Source: a virus
Virus record (IMG/VR): IMGVR_UViG_3300025423_000009
Span: 53,948 to 117,947 of that record
Strand: one strand, 5' to 3'
DNA: 64,000 bases
Part shown: positions 8,323 to 17,639 of the stretch, piece after piece
Layout: each line of letters starts with the position of its first letter
How positions within the stretch are numbered: position 1 is the stretch's first letter
The notes under the pieces: generated by a model
Told to the model about the DNA's origin: nothing
The model's input: only the letters and a program-made list of their open reading frames with translations
Databases searched by the model: none
Program-made: the position numbers and the translations under genes

Positions 8323-9018
8323 TCATTTATAGTATTTTTCCGCACGAGGTAGTCCATCTGCTCCATTGACGAAGACGATGGCCTCAGGTGGAGGAACTTT
8401 GCCGTGACCGGTATAATGAACGGCAAACTTAGTCGTATAGTTTACCGTAGGCTTGAAAGATCTCGCCACATGTTGCTTAGGCAAATGATGCCAGAAGATA
8501 CGATCTCCGATAATACCGAGTTTCTTCTCCTTAAATGTCCAGAATCCGATGAGATTGAAAGCCGATCGAGCGATCAGATAGCAATTCGTATCACAAAAGT
8601 TAACGCCGTCGGATTCGAGGCACGTGGCAATGACTTCACCTTGCAGATCTCGCAAAGTCCTTCCAGTCGTAACGATCGGAGTCTGATCCGTAACTTTAGA
8701 TATAGCCTCGGCTACGTGATCGGATTCATACCAACAGTCCGCATCGAGGAAGCACACGGCGTCGAATCCTTGATTACAGGCAATGGCCGCACCAATCGCT
8801 CGTGGAGTGTCACCATAGTCTCCGCAGTTTGGAATCGAAAAATGACGATTCTTGCCGAATTTCACGCTCGGTAAATCATCGATCCAGGCTTGAGGATGAC
8901 CATCCGCAACAATGAAGTGAGACACATATGGGTGAGTCTGACTCGTCACGGAACGCATGCATCTGACCAGAGTATCGGGATCTTCCTTATAGTAGGGAGT
9001 AATGACGGCGACATTCAT
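8323..9018 (-). CDS. GT2 family glycosyltransferase
   Basis: VAVITPYY, HFIVADG, FLDAD DxD motif. Start reassigned to MNVAVIT. Confidence 0.82.
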   Translation of the reverse strand: MNVAVITPYYKEDPDTLVRCMRSVTSQTHPYVSHFIVADGHPQAWIDDLPSVKFGKNRHFSIPNCGDYGDTPRAIGAAIACNQGFDAVCFLDADCWYESDHVAEAISKVTDQTPIVTTGRTLRDLQGEVIATCLESDGVNFCDTNCYLIARSAFNLIGFWTFKEKKLGIIGDRIFWHHLPKQHVARSFKPTVNYTTKFAVHYTGHGKVPPPEAIVFVNGADGLPRAEKYYK

Positions 9019-9022
9019 AAAA

Positions 9023-9973
9023 TTATCTAGACGCTCCACGAAGTGCAAAGGAAATGGCTCGCGCGGCCTCGGTCTCCATGCCTCGATTCTTATACCACGA
9101 TCCGGTATCTCGATCGAGCTCACGACATAGATCGGCGATCTCTCTTGCCGTGATTGGATATCCGCGACGAATCGCCGTGGCGGCAATCGAGGACATGACC
9201 TGATACATCTTCAAGTACCAGCCGGTCGACGAGATCGATCGATACTGATTGATGAGCTCGCGCTTTACGAACGGACAGTTACGGTATGATGTCCACGAAT
9301 ACTTATGACCATTGGTCAATTGACTTCTCTGATGCTTCTCGATGGCCTTCTGCACGTGTTCTGGCAGATTGTCGAGGATTCCAGTGGAATGCTTCTCGAC
9401 ATATGGCCATCGGCTCATGAGTTCATATGGATTCAAAGCCGGACCCTTATTCGAGAAGATGAAGTTGTACGCGTTTGGATACTGAGCCGGAACATAGTAC
9501 ATGCGACTGAGATCCTTGGTCTGCGGATCGGCCAGGGACTTAAACTCCTTGTTCAGCGCATACCAGAAGTGCCTGATCTTATCGGCCGAAATCGCACAAG
9601 TTAACTCGAGGACGACTCGAAACTTCGGATGCTCCTTCTTCGAAGAGGCCGACGAGTAGATCACGGAGCGATAGAGCGAAAACGCTTTCACGGCATCGTC
9701 ATAGCCACCGACTGGATACTCATCGACGTCGATGGCCGCCCATTTGGCCCAGCAGTCGACGTTGGCGTTAGATCTAGTGGTACCTGGCTTGAAGATCGCC
9801 GGAGTGATCAGAGGAGACGCATCCTTGCAGAATCTTTCTTCCTTCTTGGGCTTGTATCCGGGGACTCTGGACAGCTCATATAAAAGCGACTCAAGCTCGT
9901 CAAAGGAATCGAATTCCATTCGACGATGAGTCTTGTTATCGAAGATCGACTTGAATATAGTCAAAGCTATCAT
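9023..9973 (-). CDS. Putative AEP-superfamily primase/PrimPol-like protein
   Basis: AAIDVD (DxD), YSSAS...PKFRVVL, DPQTKDLSRMYYVP, and a helical C-terminal domain. Confidence 0.6.
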   Translation of the reverse strand: MIALTIFKSIFDNKTHRRMEFDSFDELESLLYELSRVPGYKPKKEERFCKDASPLITPAIFKPGTTRSNANVDCWAKWAAIDVDEYPVGGYDDAVKAFSLYRSVIYSSASSKKEHPKFRVVLELTCAISADKIRHFWYALNKEFKSLADPQTKDLSRMYYVPAQYPNAYNFIFSNKGPALNPYELMSRWPYVEKHSTGILDNLPEHVQKAIEKHQRSQLTNGHKYSWTSYRNCPFVKRELINQYRSISSTGWYLKMYQVMSSIAATAIRRGYPITAREIADLCRELDRDTGSWYKNRGMETEAARAISFALRGASR

Positions 9974-9987
9974 GATGAAGTATGAGC

Positions 9988-10017
9988 ATCATACCATGAA
10001 GCTCGGCAAACGTAAAC
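9988..10017 (-). promoter_or_regulatory. Sigma70-like early promoter
   Basis: GTTTACG-17nt (ending TGG)-TATGAT. Confidence 0.7.
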
Positions 10018-10019
10018 GT

Positions 10020-10433
10020 TTATTTTTCGTATGCCTTCGAAATGATTCCATGATTGTTGGAATGATCAGGCGCTTTCCATCCCGGCTCTTTTATCAAATC
10101 CGGAAGTCCCCAAGGATTCGGACGAGACGCCTTAATGCCAACCTTCTTGTTCATGTTGGCGCGCAGAACTTCTTCCCAAGCTTCCTGAGCGTCGACGTCG
10201 TATGCATCCAGAGTGCCGATGGCTACGACGCAGAGATCGATCAGCGCATCAACGATTTCTTCGGCATCACCGGCCTCAACGGCCTTCATTCCCTCATTGA
10301 GTTCCTCTTGCAAAAAGCGAAAGCGAAAGCTGAGGTACTCGCGCAGATGTTCCTTCGATAGCGTGAGAGTCTTGGTCTTCACGCCGTAATGCTTATGCAT
10401 ATCCTTGATGTCTTGATTCCAGTTTAAGCTCAT
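10020..10433 (-). CDS. All-alpha (MazG/PRA-PH-like) NTP pyrophosphohydrolase, candidate dCTPase/dUTPase
   Basis: LQEELNE...EEIVDALIDL...EVLRANMNK. Confidence 0.8.
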   Translation of the reverse strand: MSLNWNQDIKDMHKHYGVKTKTLTLSKEHLREYLSFRFRFLQEELNEGMKAVEAGDAEEIVDALIDLCVVAIGTLDAYDVDAQEAWEEVLRANMNKKVGIKASRPNPWGLPDLIKEPGWKAPDHSNNHGIISKAYEK

Positions 10434-10438
10434 AATGA

Positions 10439-10654
10439 TTATTGATTGATGATTAAGTTTCGAGAATTTAGAATGTTGTGAAGTTCCGTGCGAATCGCAT
10501 TGACTTCATCATAGTTGGAAAGTTTCTCATACTTGAGTCGACGCCGTAGGTATTCATCAAGCTCCTGAATCGCGAACTTGTACTGTGTACCATTGATGGC
10601 ATCAGCGTGTTGTTCCTCTTCTTCGGGCAGATTGAATTCTAGTATTGCTTTCAT
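10439..10654 (-). CDS. Conserved phage hypothetical protein
   Basis: MKAILEFNLPEE...A.NG...LRRRLKY; start overlaps the upstream stop. Confidence 0.65.
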   Translation of the reverse strand: MKAILEFNLPEEEEQHADAINGTQYKFAIQELDEYLRRRLKYEKLSNYDEVNAIRTELHNILNSRNLIINQ

Positions 10655-10878
10655 GCTATGTCCTTGAAGATATGTTCGGCCCATTCGGAAATATGTCGGC
10701 ACGACCATCCTTGCTCGATGAGTACCTCGGAGATCGCCGCGCTCAGATTTGAAAACACTCCAATCGATCGATTGTTGAATGCCACGACGAATGTCTCATT
10801 TGCGGTCGTCGATGACCTGTGAATGGTGTATTGACCGATGTACCAGTATTGACCGTTGTTATCTGTTGCTTTCGTCAT
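10651..10878 (-). CDS. Hypothetical protein
   Basis: ORF tightly packed between neighbouring genes. Confidence 0.5.
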   Translation of the reverse strand: MTKATDNNGQYWYIGQYTIHRSSTTANETFVVAFNNRSIGVFSNLSAAISEVLIEQGWSCRHISEWAEHIFKDIA

Positions 10879-10882
10879 AATC

Positions 10883-11956
10883 TTAAAAGAAGCTTTCAAG
10901 GCTACCGACATCTTCGGACGTCCAGTCGATCGACTTTAGAATCAGATCGAGAGGTTCCAAGAACGTCTTCTCGAATTGAGTGTCATAGTCGACAGAATTA
11001 TGTAGGCCGAGTTCCTTCGGCAGATCTCCTGCGGCCGGAAAGGCGATCACGTTCTCCTGAATCTCATTTGGAATCTTCAGATACACGAAGCGAATCTTGT
11101 CGCCAGACTGAATGCCTCGATAGGTGGATGTCAGGCCCTTGGCCTCGATCCAGTGATTGTACAGAAGTGCTCCACGAACGTGAATCGGTGTTCCCTTCTG
11201 ATAGATGGTTCCATTACTCTGCCAACCATCAACATCTGAAGTTCCTCGAGGAAAGGCGACTTCTCGAGGACTCATGGAAGAAAACTGCTTGCGAAATTCC
11301 GCGATGGCTTCCTGAGTAGCCGCCTTATTGCCAGTCATAATGATCTTGAACATGCGCTTCATGGCCGAACGACAGACGGCCGGAGTCGACGACTTGATCG
11401 CTTCAATCCCCATGATCTTTAGCTTAGGTTCCGTGTACCGCACTCCCTCATTGTCCAGAACGTTTAGAATGTAACGCTTCTTGGCCGTCCATACGGCACG
11501 ATCCGCGATGGCCTCACGCTTCATGATCATGCGATTCACATAAGCATTGGTAGCCTTGGCGAACTTATTGAATGCGACCTCGAGTTCCAGACCAATACCC
11601 TTCTCATAGAACTCATCGAGAAACTTGATAGGATCTTTTGGCTTGAACTTGTCGATCACGTCCTTCAGAGTCACATACACGGAGTCGGTATCGACGGCCA
11701 ACACTCGATCCTTCTCGATGCCAATCATCTTAGACACGTAACGATTCACGGTAGCTTCGGCCAAACGAATGGCCGTCTGACCGGACAGAGTCACGGCCTC
11801 GGCCACCTTAATGTTGAAGTAGCGGAAAAAACGATTTCCGAGTGCTCCGTACAAACTATTGAGAAGCACCTTCAGTGACTGTTGTTCGATTTCCAAGTTA
11901 GAAATCTGGGTATCGAGTTCTTTCAATTCCTTTTGCAATAATAAAAATTCACTCAT
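10883..11956 (-). CDS. 43B: DNA polymerase gp43, C-terminal subunit (gp43B)
   Basis: Motif B KVLLNSLYGALGN, motif C VDTDSVY, KKRYILNV, KIMGIEAIKSSTP. Confidence 0.95.
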   Translation of the reverse strand: MSEFLLLQKELKELDTQISNLEIEQQSLKVLLNSLYGALGNRFFRYFNIKVAEAVTLSGQTAIRLAEATVNRYVSKMIGIEKDRVLAVDTDSVYVTLKDVIDKFKPKDPIKFLDEFYEKGIGLELEVAFNKFAKATNAYVNRMIMKREAIADRAVWTAKKRYILNVLDNEGVRYTEPKLKIMGIEAIKSSTPAVCRSAMKRMFKIIMTGNKAATQEAIAEFRKQFSSMSPREVAFPRGTSDVDGWQSNGTIYQKGTPIHVRGALLYNHWIEAKGLTSTYRGIQSGDKIRFVYLKIPNEIQENVIAFPAAGDLPKELGLHNSVDYDTQFEKTFLEPLDLILKSIDWTSEDVGSLESFF

Positions 11957-11977
11957 AAATTCACATCATTTATACTC

Positions 11978-13510
11978 TCAAAGCACTCCATTTTGCTTCA
12001 ATTGTTCAATCTTTTTTACAATAATTTCACGTTTTCTTTTTAATGAAAGGGTTTCATTTTTTGCGAGTTTTCTTTTAGTATACAGCTCCTCAACCAGAGT
12101 CGGAATGATGCCCTTCACGTCCTTTCGAAAGCACGCTCCGTTGGCCGCAACACAGACTCCAGGATCCTCGTCGAAGAGCGGCTTACCGGTCAACACGGCA
12201 TCGATGATCTGATTCGGATCGACCTTCATCGTCACGTGCGAGATGTAGGTTTCCGGAGACATGTTGTACTGCACGATGAGATTGGGATACTCCGAGTTGA
12301 TGTCACATGAGAGCACCCACTCATGCATTCCTTGCTGAACGTCCTTGACGTATCCACCAGCAAACTGAGGCACATGAGATGGAGGCTCGGATTGAAAGGG
12401 AACGACGACATTCCTATTGGCCAGCTTTCGAAAGATGATGGAATCCCAGATCGCCGTGGTTCCCAAAGTGTCCGCGTAATTCACACCACCCATGTATGAC
12501 ATCATCATCACAAGTTGAATCAGACCGAGCTTCTCTTCGAGGCGATCTACGAGCTCCACGTCTTTTATGTTGTACTCCAAAAATTTTTGATGATCCGCAT
12601 GATAGAGGTCATCGAGAGTGCCTTCATATTCCAACTTGCTTTCGTCAAGAACAACCTTGGCGATGTGATCGAGCGTGTATTGTTCCTGAGCACCATACGT
12701 GTAGCCAAACTTCTGAAAGAGATCCATGTAGTCAAGCTGTTGAATGCCGACGAGCTCATACATCAGCTGCATGCGACCTTTGAGCTTTACTTCCTTGGAT
12801 TCAATGATGTTCCAGGGACTTAGCATCTTCGAAGCCTCTTCTCCACCAAGCTTGGAGATTCGAGTGGCCAGATACGGCACGTCGAATGCACGGGTGTTCC
12901 ATCCGGTGATGATGTCTGGCGAGTTATCCGGATGAATCCACCAGCGAAGAAAGTCCTCGAGCATCTGACCCTCGGTTTGAAACTGACGATAGTCGATCAT
13001 ATATCGAGACGTCTTGCAGAGTGAAGGATCAAAGGCCTTGAGTCCCCAAGTGTGGCACGTATTATCCGTCGAACACTTGACCGTGATCGCGACGATGGGA
13101 TTCTTGGCTTCCGATGCCTCCGAGTAACCCCAAGCTTCCTTACCAACCTCGATGTCCAACGTGCACGTACGAATCAGCGACTGCTGATAATGAATGCTCA
13201 GAGGAAACTGAGCTTGAATAAATGCCGGAACGTGACGATCATTGCCATAGATCTTGAAGGATGGCACGTGCTTATACGTCTCCACGAACTTACGGCATTC
13301 CGACATAGAGTCAAATTGCATAGGTTCGACTGGAGTTCCGTCGAGTCCTTTGAATTTCGTCTTTGATGGATCCTTGGCTTCAAGGTACATGGTCGGACGA
13401 AAACGAACCTTCTCCTGAACTCTCTGACCGTTACGATCATACCCACGAATCAGGAGCGAGTTTATAGAACGGGCGATCGATGTGTAGAATGCGAGGTCTA
13501 GTTTGGCCAT
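11978..13510 (-). CDS. 43A: DNA polymerase gp43, N-terminal subunit (exonuclease plus motif A; gp43A)
   Basis: TLDIE, TGWN...FDVPY, YNIKDVELV, FAGGYVK, CDINSEYP. Confidence 0.95.
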   Translation of the reverse strand: MAKLDLAFYTSIARSINSLLIRGYDRNGQRVQEKVRFRPTMYLEAKDPSKTKFKGLDGTPVEPMQFDSMSECRKFVETYKHVPSFKIYGNDRHVPAFIQAQFPLSIHYQQSLIRTCTLDIEVGKEAWGYSEASEAKNPIVAITVKCSTDNTCHTWGLKAFDPSLCKTSRYMIDYRQFQTEGQMLEDFLRWWIHPDNSPDIITGWNTRAFDVPYLATRISKLGGEEASKMLSPWNIIESKEVKLKGRMQLMYELVGIQQLDYMDLFQKFGYTYGAQEQYTLDHIAKVVLDESKLEYEGTLDDLYHADHQKFLEYNIKDVELVDRLEEKLGLIQLVMMMSYMGGVNYADTLGTTAIWDSIIFRKLANRNVVVPFQSEPPSHVPQFAGGYVKDVQQGMHEWVLSCDINSEYPNLIVQYNMSPETYISHVTMKVDPNQIIDAVLTGKPLFDEDPGVCVAANGACFRKDVKGIIPTLVEELYTKRKLAKNETLSLKRKREIIVKKIEQLKQNGVL

Positions 13511-13519
13511 TGAACGGAT

Positions 13520-13549
13520 ATCTTAACGCAAGACGGGGACGAAGTACAC
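13520..13549 (-). promoter_or_regulatory. Early promoter for gp43A
   Basis: GTGTACT-17nt-TAAGAT, 9 nt upstream of the ATG. Confidence 0.6.
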
Positions 13550-13572
13550 ATAAAAGTTTCCTTCGTCCCCGT
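13533..13572 (-). terminator. 12-bp hairpin overlapping the gp43A promoter
   Basis: ACGGGGACGAAG/CTTCGTCCCCGT perfect inverted repeat with a 16-nt loop; only a weak U-tract. Confidence 0.45.
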
Positions 13573-13665
13573 TTGATTTACGATTCAAGAAGCTTTCGTT
13601 TTAGGAAAACCGTTCGTTTTAATGGCTCACTAAAACATAGGCTTTTCCTAAAATCAAGGTTTCCT

Positions 13666-14094
13666 TCAACCCTTCAGACACTGTTTATCAGCATTGATGG
13701 AGATCTTCTTGGGCTTGAGTTCATCCGGAATATTATGAATCAGCGTGATCGACAAGACACCGTCAATGAAGTCCGCGGACTTGACCTCCACGTGTTCGGC
13801 CAGCGTGAACTTCTTCGTAAAGTCTCGACGAGAGATTCCCTGATGAAGAGTCGCGGACTTGAGAGAGCTTTCGTTGAGGCCCTTGGTGCCGGAGATCGAT
13901 AGTTCTCCATTATGAACTTCAATTGAGATCTCTTTCTGCTTCCATCCGGCCAAAGCCAGATCAACACGATACTCATGATCCGAGATCTTCAGCACGTCGT
14001 GTGGAGGATAGGTTTGAATGTTGGACCAGTTTTCCGTCTCGAGGAGATCGAAGAGACGATTGAACCCGATGAAGTAATGACGAGGATACTGCAT
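13666..14094 (-). CDS. hsp20: Small heat-shock protein (Hsp20/IbpA-like)
   Basis: IGFNRLFD, YPPHDV, LALAGW, LHQGISRRDFTKKF, DGVLSITL. Confidence 0.92.
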   Translation of the reverse strand: MQYPRHYFIGFNRLFDLLETENWSNIQTYPPHDVLKISDHEYRVDLALAGWKQKEISIEVHNGELSISGTKGLNESSLKSATLHQGISRRDFTKKFTLAEHVEVKSADFIDGVLSITLIHNIPDELKPKKISINADKQCLKG

Positions 14095-14202
14095 AATGAC
14101 TTTCCTTTCCCGCTTCCAATTAAGCGAAGCGATTGTTGTTGTGTTTCTCGACCATCCGATAGGCATGATCGAAGATCGTCCAACCTTGGACCGATCAGAG
14201 TT

Positions 14203-14210
14203 TATTTATA
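14203..14210 (-). promoter_or_regulatory. T4-type late promoter
   Basis: TATAAATA on minus. Confidence 0.55.
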
Positions 14211-14216
14211 TACGAA

Positions 14217-16721
14217 CTAGGCGGCCCGTGAAACTTTTGTCTGAGCGTACTGCTGCGCATAGGTCGAGAAGGCATCCGCATTGTCTTGCATGCGCTTCTT
14301 CACACCTGAAAGTCCGCTTCGAAAGTCCTTTGAATTCAGGTACTCATTGGCCACATGAGACCAGTTTCCAGAGGTGATCAGTGCCCAGGTCTTTGGCGTC
14401 GCCCTCGGTCCCAGATCTCCACGATACCAAGCCGAGAGGATCGCGTTCTTCACGTACTGAGGAAGCGTGTCATAACTCGGTAGATTCATGCGAATCGAGG
14501 CTTCACGAATCGCGATATCCTTCTTCAGAAGATTCAGCGCCTCAGAGTCCGTGAGTCCTGCTGAGAAGTCTTCATCGGGTTGAATCTTGTGACCGTAAGC
14601 GATCGTGTCGGATCCGCCTTCCAGACTTCGCGCGGGAAACCACTTTCCGGAAGCTTTGTCATATCCGCCGTTAGGATTGTCTTTGGAGTTCTCGTAGCCC
14701 ATCAGGAGCTGTTCTGGAGTGGTGGCCGTCAGAGGTGTCATCTTATTGGAAATCGTATGAGTGATGTGTGCCTTGTTATGAGGCACGGAATGATGCTTGG
14801 CCGATGCGCCATGAGCTCCGGTCAGAGAAGCCGCACCGATCAATCCAGCCGCGGCCAGCGATCTCCAGTCCTCTTCCAGCGCATCGGGATCATCGGACCA
14901 TGATAGCAAGTGGTCCTTGAGCTCCGCGATCGTCTGAGTGGCATTCCGATGAAGGATGCCGATGCCTCCTCGAGATCTCCAGGCGCGAATGTTTTCTTCC
15001 AGATCATCGATGAGAATGTGATTCGGCGCGGCCCAATACTTCTTATCCTTTCCATGATCGGCCACAATGACTTCAAAGGAATTACCTAATTCTCGTGCGC
15101 ACCAGATCTTCTTTCCTCTCTCAGCACGATCTCCAGTCATAGAAGTCGCACCGGCCGTAAGAATGATGGGATTCTTATCCTTGATGAAGTTCCAGAGCTG
15201 ATGGCCGTCCTGTGCCCAGGAAAGGTCGCTCCACCACTCCACACCGCCAGCATTGATTCGACGCCAGAGTTCCTCGAGACCATATTCCTTGACCGCGTCA
15301 TTCCACAGAAGGCCTCCGGTAAGCTTCTTTAGAGGCGTGTCGAAGTCGATCAGAACACCATCCATGTCGCAGTAGATCTGAAGCTTCTTGAAGTTCTTCT
15401 GATCGGTGCCTTCATCCATTCCGGGTTGCCACAGCACGCGATATTTCGAGTTGACATCGTCGATCAGTATAAGTTGATTCTCGATAGCCAAGTTCTTGAG
15501 CTCACGAATCTGAGACGGACTGGCCTTCCATGAAAACACCAGGCTTTCACCGTCACAGATCACTCGCACCCATCCAGCCTCGGCCAACTGAGCGCTCCAA
15601 CGATCCATCCATGAATCGTCCGAATCGTACTTACCACCAAGGATCTCGGCCGCAGCGGGTTCATGATCCTGCACGGAGATGAGTCGAAGATCCGGAGTCA
15701 TGAAGAACTTGCCTTCCTGAAACGGATCCTTCAGAGTGCCTTTATCAACTTTTCTAAAAAGCTTGCCAGAAGCGGAGACGGAAGAGGCATTCAGACTCTC
15801 ATACATCTTGAGAAGGGATCGATCCGAGATGATCTCGAAGAAAGTCTTGGCCTTCTCGCCGCCATTAAGCTTATGATAGTCGAATTCGATCGAGGAATGA
15901 ATCGGACGATAGTGAAGAGTACGATCTCCCGAGACGATCAGGATCTGTCCCGTAGTAACCATCTCACCCTTGGCCGGATCGCCTTTGCGAATCGGATTCA
16001 TGAACTGATCGTCCTTGTTCGGACACCGAGCCAGAGCCGTCATGAGATCTCGTGGATTCACGGCATCTGGAACGCTTTCCGCGGCGATGGCCAAGCGTGA
16101 CTCGGAAGACTTACGAGCGCGAATGAACTTCTCGTCCGTGGCCGTGGACGAGTAGCCTAGTGTAGGAACGTTGATGCCGTGATTGGTACGAGCCGACCAT
16201 CCAACCTCCTTGGAGATCTCCGTGACCGTGGAAGTGTATTTACGAGGATTGTCTTTGGTCTCCTCTTCTTTGGAAACGTTCCATCCGCCCTCGAGAAGGT
16301 AGCAGTGTTCCGTGTCGAAGGCATAGGTAGCACCGGCCAGTTCCTCTTCTTGAAGGAGCATGATGGCGTCCTTGGCCGTCGTCTGTAGAAGAGCCTTGCG
16401 AATCTTCTTGCCGTCTGGTGAGTAGTAGTCCGTAGACTTCTTGTACTTGTCGCCGGGTTTGGGCATCCCCTTACTTTTGCCTTTACTTGCCAGTTCTCCC
16501 TCTTTCTCATCTCGCTTGACGGAGAATGAGGCCGAGATGATTCCAACGCCGAACTCATTGACTCCCTCGGTCCATCGTGAAAGAGTGTCGTCGATGTAGA
16601 TGCGTTGAATGCCGTCTTTATTGGACTGAACGATCTCGATCTTGGTTGGATACCCACGATCGCGATTTTTTGCTCCTACCCACCCGTATTTTTCGAAGTA
16701 TTTGACAGCGCAAGTACACAT
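14217..16721 (-). CDS. Multidomain polyprotein: Ntn-hydrolase-like, unknown domain, HAD 5'(3')-nucleotidase, lysozyme-like
   Basis: N-terminal MCT...KNRD...GVNEFG...RTNHG; IYCDMDGVL...ILIDD; C-terminal E...EGGSDTIAYGHK...LLKKDI. Confidence 0.75.
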   Translation of the reverse strand: MCTCAVKYFEKYGWVGAKNRDRGYPTKIEIVQSNKDGIQRIYIDDTLSRWTEGVNEFGVGIISASFSVKRDEKEGELASKGKSKGMPKPGDKYKKSTDYYSPDGKKIRKALLQTTAKDAIMLLQEEELAGATYAFDTEHCYLLEGGWNVSKEEETKDNPRKYTSTVTEISKEVGWSARTNHGINVPTLGYSSTATDEKFIRARKSSESRLAIAAESVPDAVNPRDLMTALARCPNKDDQFMNPIRKGDPAKGEMVTTGQILIVSGDRTLHYRPIHSSIEFDYHKLNGGEKAKTFFEIISDRSLLKMYESLNASSVSASGKLFRKVDKGTLKDPFQEGKFFMTPDLRLISVQDHEPAAAEILGGKYDSDDSWMDRWSAQLAEAGWVRVICDGESLVFSWKASPSQIRELKNLAIENQLILIDDVNSKYRVLWQPGMDEGTDQKNFKKLQIYCDMDGVLIDFDTPLKKLTGGLLWNDAVKEYGLEELWRRINAGGVEWWSDLSWAQDGHQLWNFIKDKNPIILTAGATSMTGDRAERGKKIWCARELGNSFEVIVADHGKDKKYWAAPNHILIDDLEENIRAWRSRGGIGILHRNATQTIAELKDHLLSWSDDPDALEEDWRSLAAAGLIGAASLTGAHGASAKHHSVPHNKAHITHTISNKMTPLTATTPEQLLMGYENSKDNPNGGYDKASGKWFPARSLEGGSDTIAYGHKIQPDEDFSAGLTDSEALNLLKKDIAIREASIRMNLPSYDTLPQYVKNAILSAWYRGDLGPRATPKTWALITSGNWSHVANEYLNSKDFRSGLSGVKKRMQDNADAFSTYAQQYAQTKVSRAA

Positions 16722-16728
16722 TTGTTCC

Positions 16729-16736
16729 TATTTATA
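16729..16736 (-). promoter_or_regulatory. T4-type late promoter
   Basis: TATAAATA 7 nt upstream of the polyprotein ATG. Confidence 0.75.
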
Positions 16737-16743
16737 TCGAAAT

Positions 16744-17187
16744 CTACTTCGTTTTCTTAACGTTGCCGATCTGATACTTGGCTACCAGATTCCAAGTTGG
16801 CTTGTCTTTGAACGGAATGATCTTGATCTGCTTGAGATCCAACTTCTGTGGCTGTGCTTTTTCGGAGTGTCGAATCTTCACCAGACCCCAGTCGTCCAGA
16901 AGCTGAGCGATCGTGTTTCGACGAGATAGATCATCGATTGAGAAGTCCGATGGCTTTCCGTCTAGCATGAAGAGCTCCTTGAAGTGAACTATGAAGTAGT
17001 ATCCGCGCTTATGGAGCAGATGACAAGACTGATAGAGCGTGTTGACTTCCTTCTTGGAAGCGATGCCGATTCGAGTCAGCGTTTCACGTACCTTGAGAAA
17101 GTCGTCGGGCTCGTTGAGAGTTACCTCGAGCATCTCCTGAGGAGACCAAGGAGCAAGTGTGTCTTGAGATTCTTGTTGTGGAGTCAT
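16744..17187 (-). CDS. regA: RegA translational repressor
   Basis: DDFLKVRETLTRIGIAS...LYQSCHLLHK.G.Y.IVHFKELF.LDG...RRNTIA.LL.DWGLV. Confidence 0.96.
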   Translation of the reverse strand: MTPQQESQDTLAPWSPQEMLEVTLNEPDDFLKVRETLTRIGIASKKEVNTLYQSCHLLHKRGYYFIVHFKELFMLDGKPSDFSIDDLSRRNTIAQLLDDWGLVKIRHSEKAQPQKLDLKQIKIIPFKDKPTWNLVAKYQIGNVKKTK

Positions 17188-17225
17188 AGCAAAATTCGAT
17201 CACTATGACTCTATTTATTCGAAAG

Positions 17226-17639
17226 CTACTTTCCACCTGTATCGAGTGAACGAGCGATAGCTTTGAGCTGATCATCGGAGAGAAGATCAGCGACCTGACG
17301 AGCCTTCTCAGAAGAGTATCCATAAGCTTTCTTGATTAGATCTATGGAATCGGACGGCTCGTTCTTGAGCCACTTGGAGAAGCGTTTACGAGGACGAATC
17401 GAGTTGCGTAGGAATTCATACTGAGCTCGAGTCGGAATCGTTGGTCGTTGATTCATCTCATTGGCAAGCAGAATCGTATCAGAGAACCATGAGAGGCTGC
17501 GATTACACATGAAGGGAACATATGCCTTCTCCTCCGTCGTCGGATCGGCAAAGAGATCCTTTCCGCGGCTTCCTTCATTGATCGAGTTGAGGAAGTCGAA
17601 GAATGATAGTTTTTTGGATTTGGATTCAGTCACATTCAT
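17226..17639 (-). CDS. 62: Clamp loader small subunit gp62
   Basis: FDFLNSIN, YVPFMCNRSLS, ANEMN, RPRKRFSKW; position between gp44 and regA. Confidence 0.9.
   Translation of the reverse strand: MNVTESKSKKLSFFDFLNSINEGSRGKDLFADPTTEEKAYVPFMCNRSLSWFSDTILLANEMNQRPTIPTRAQYEFLRNSIRPRKRFSKWLKNEPSDSIDLIKKAYGYSSEKARQVADLLSDDQLKAIARSLDTGGK

Noticed and set aside
11957-11977. Intron or intein in gp43
   Set aside because: The gap is only 21 nt, and the flanking tails are coiled-coil-like with no Hint motifs.
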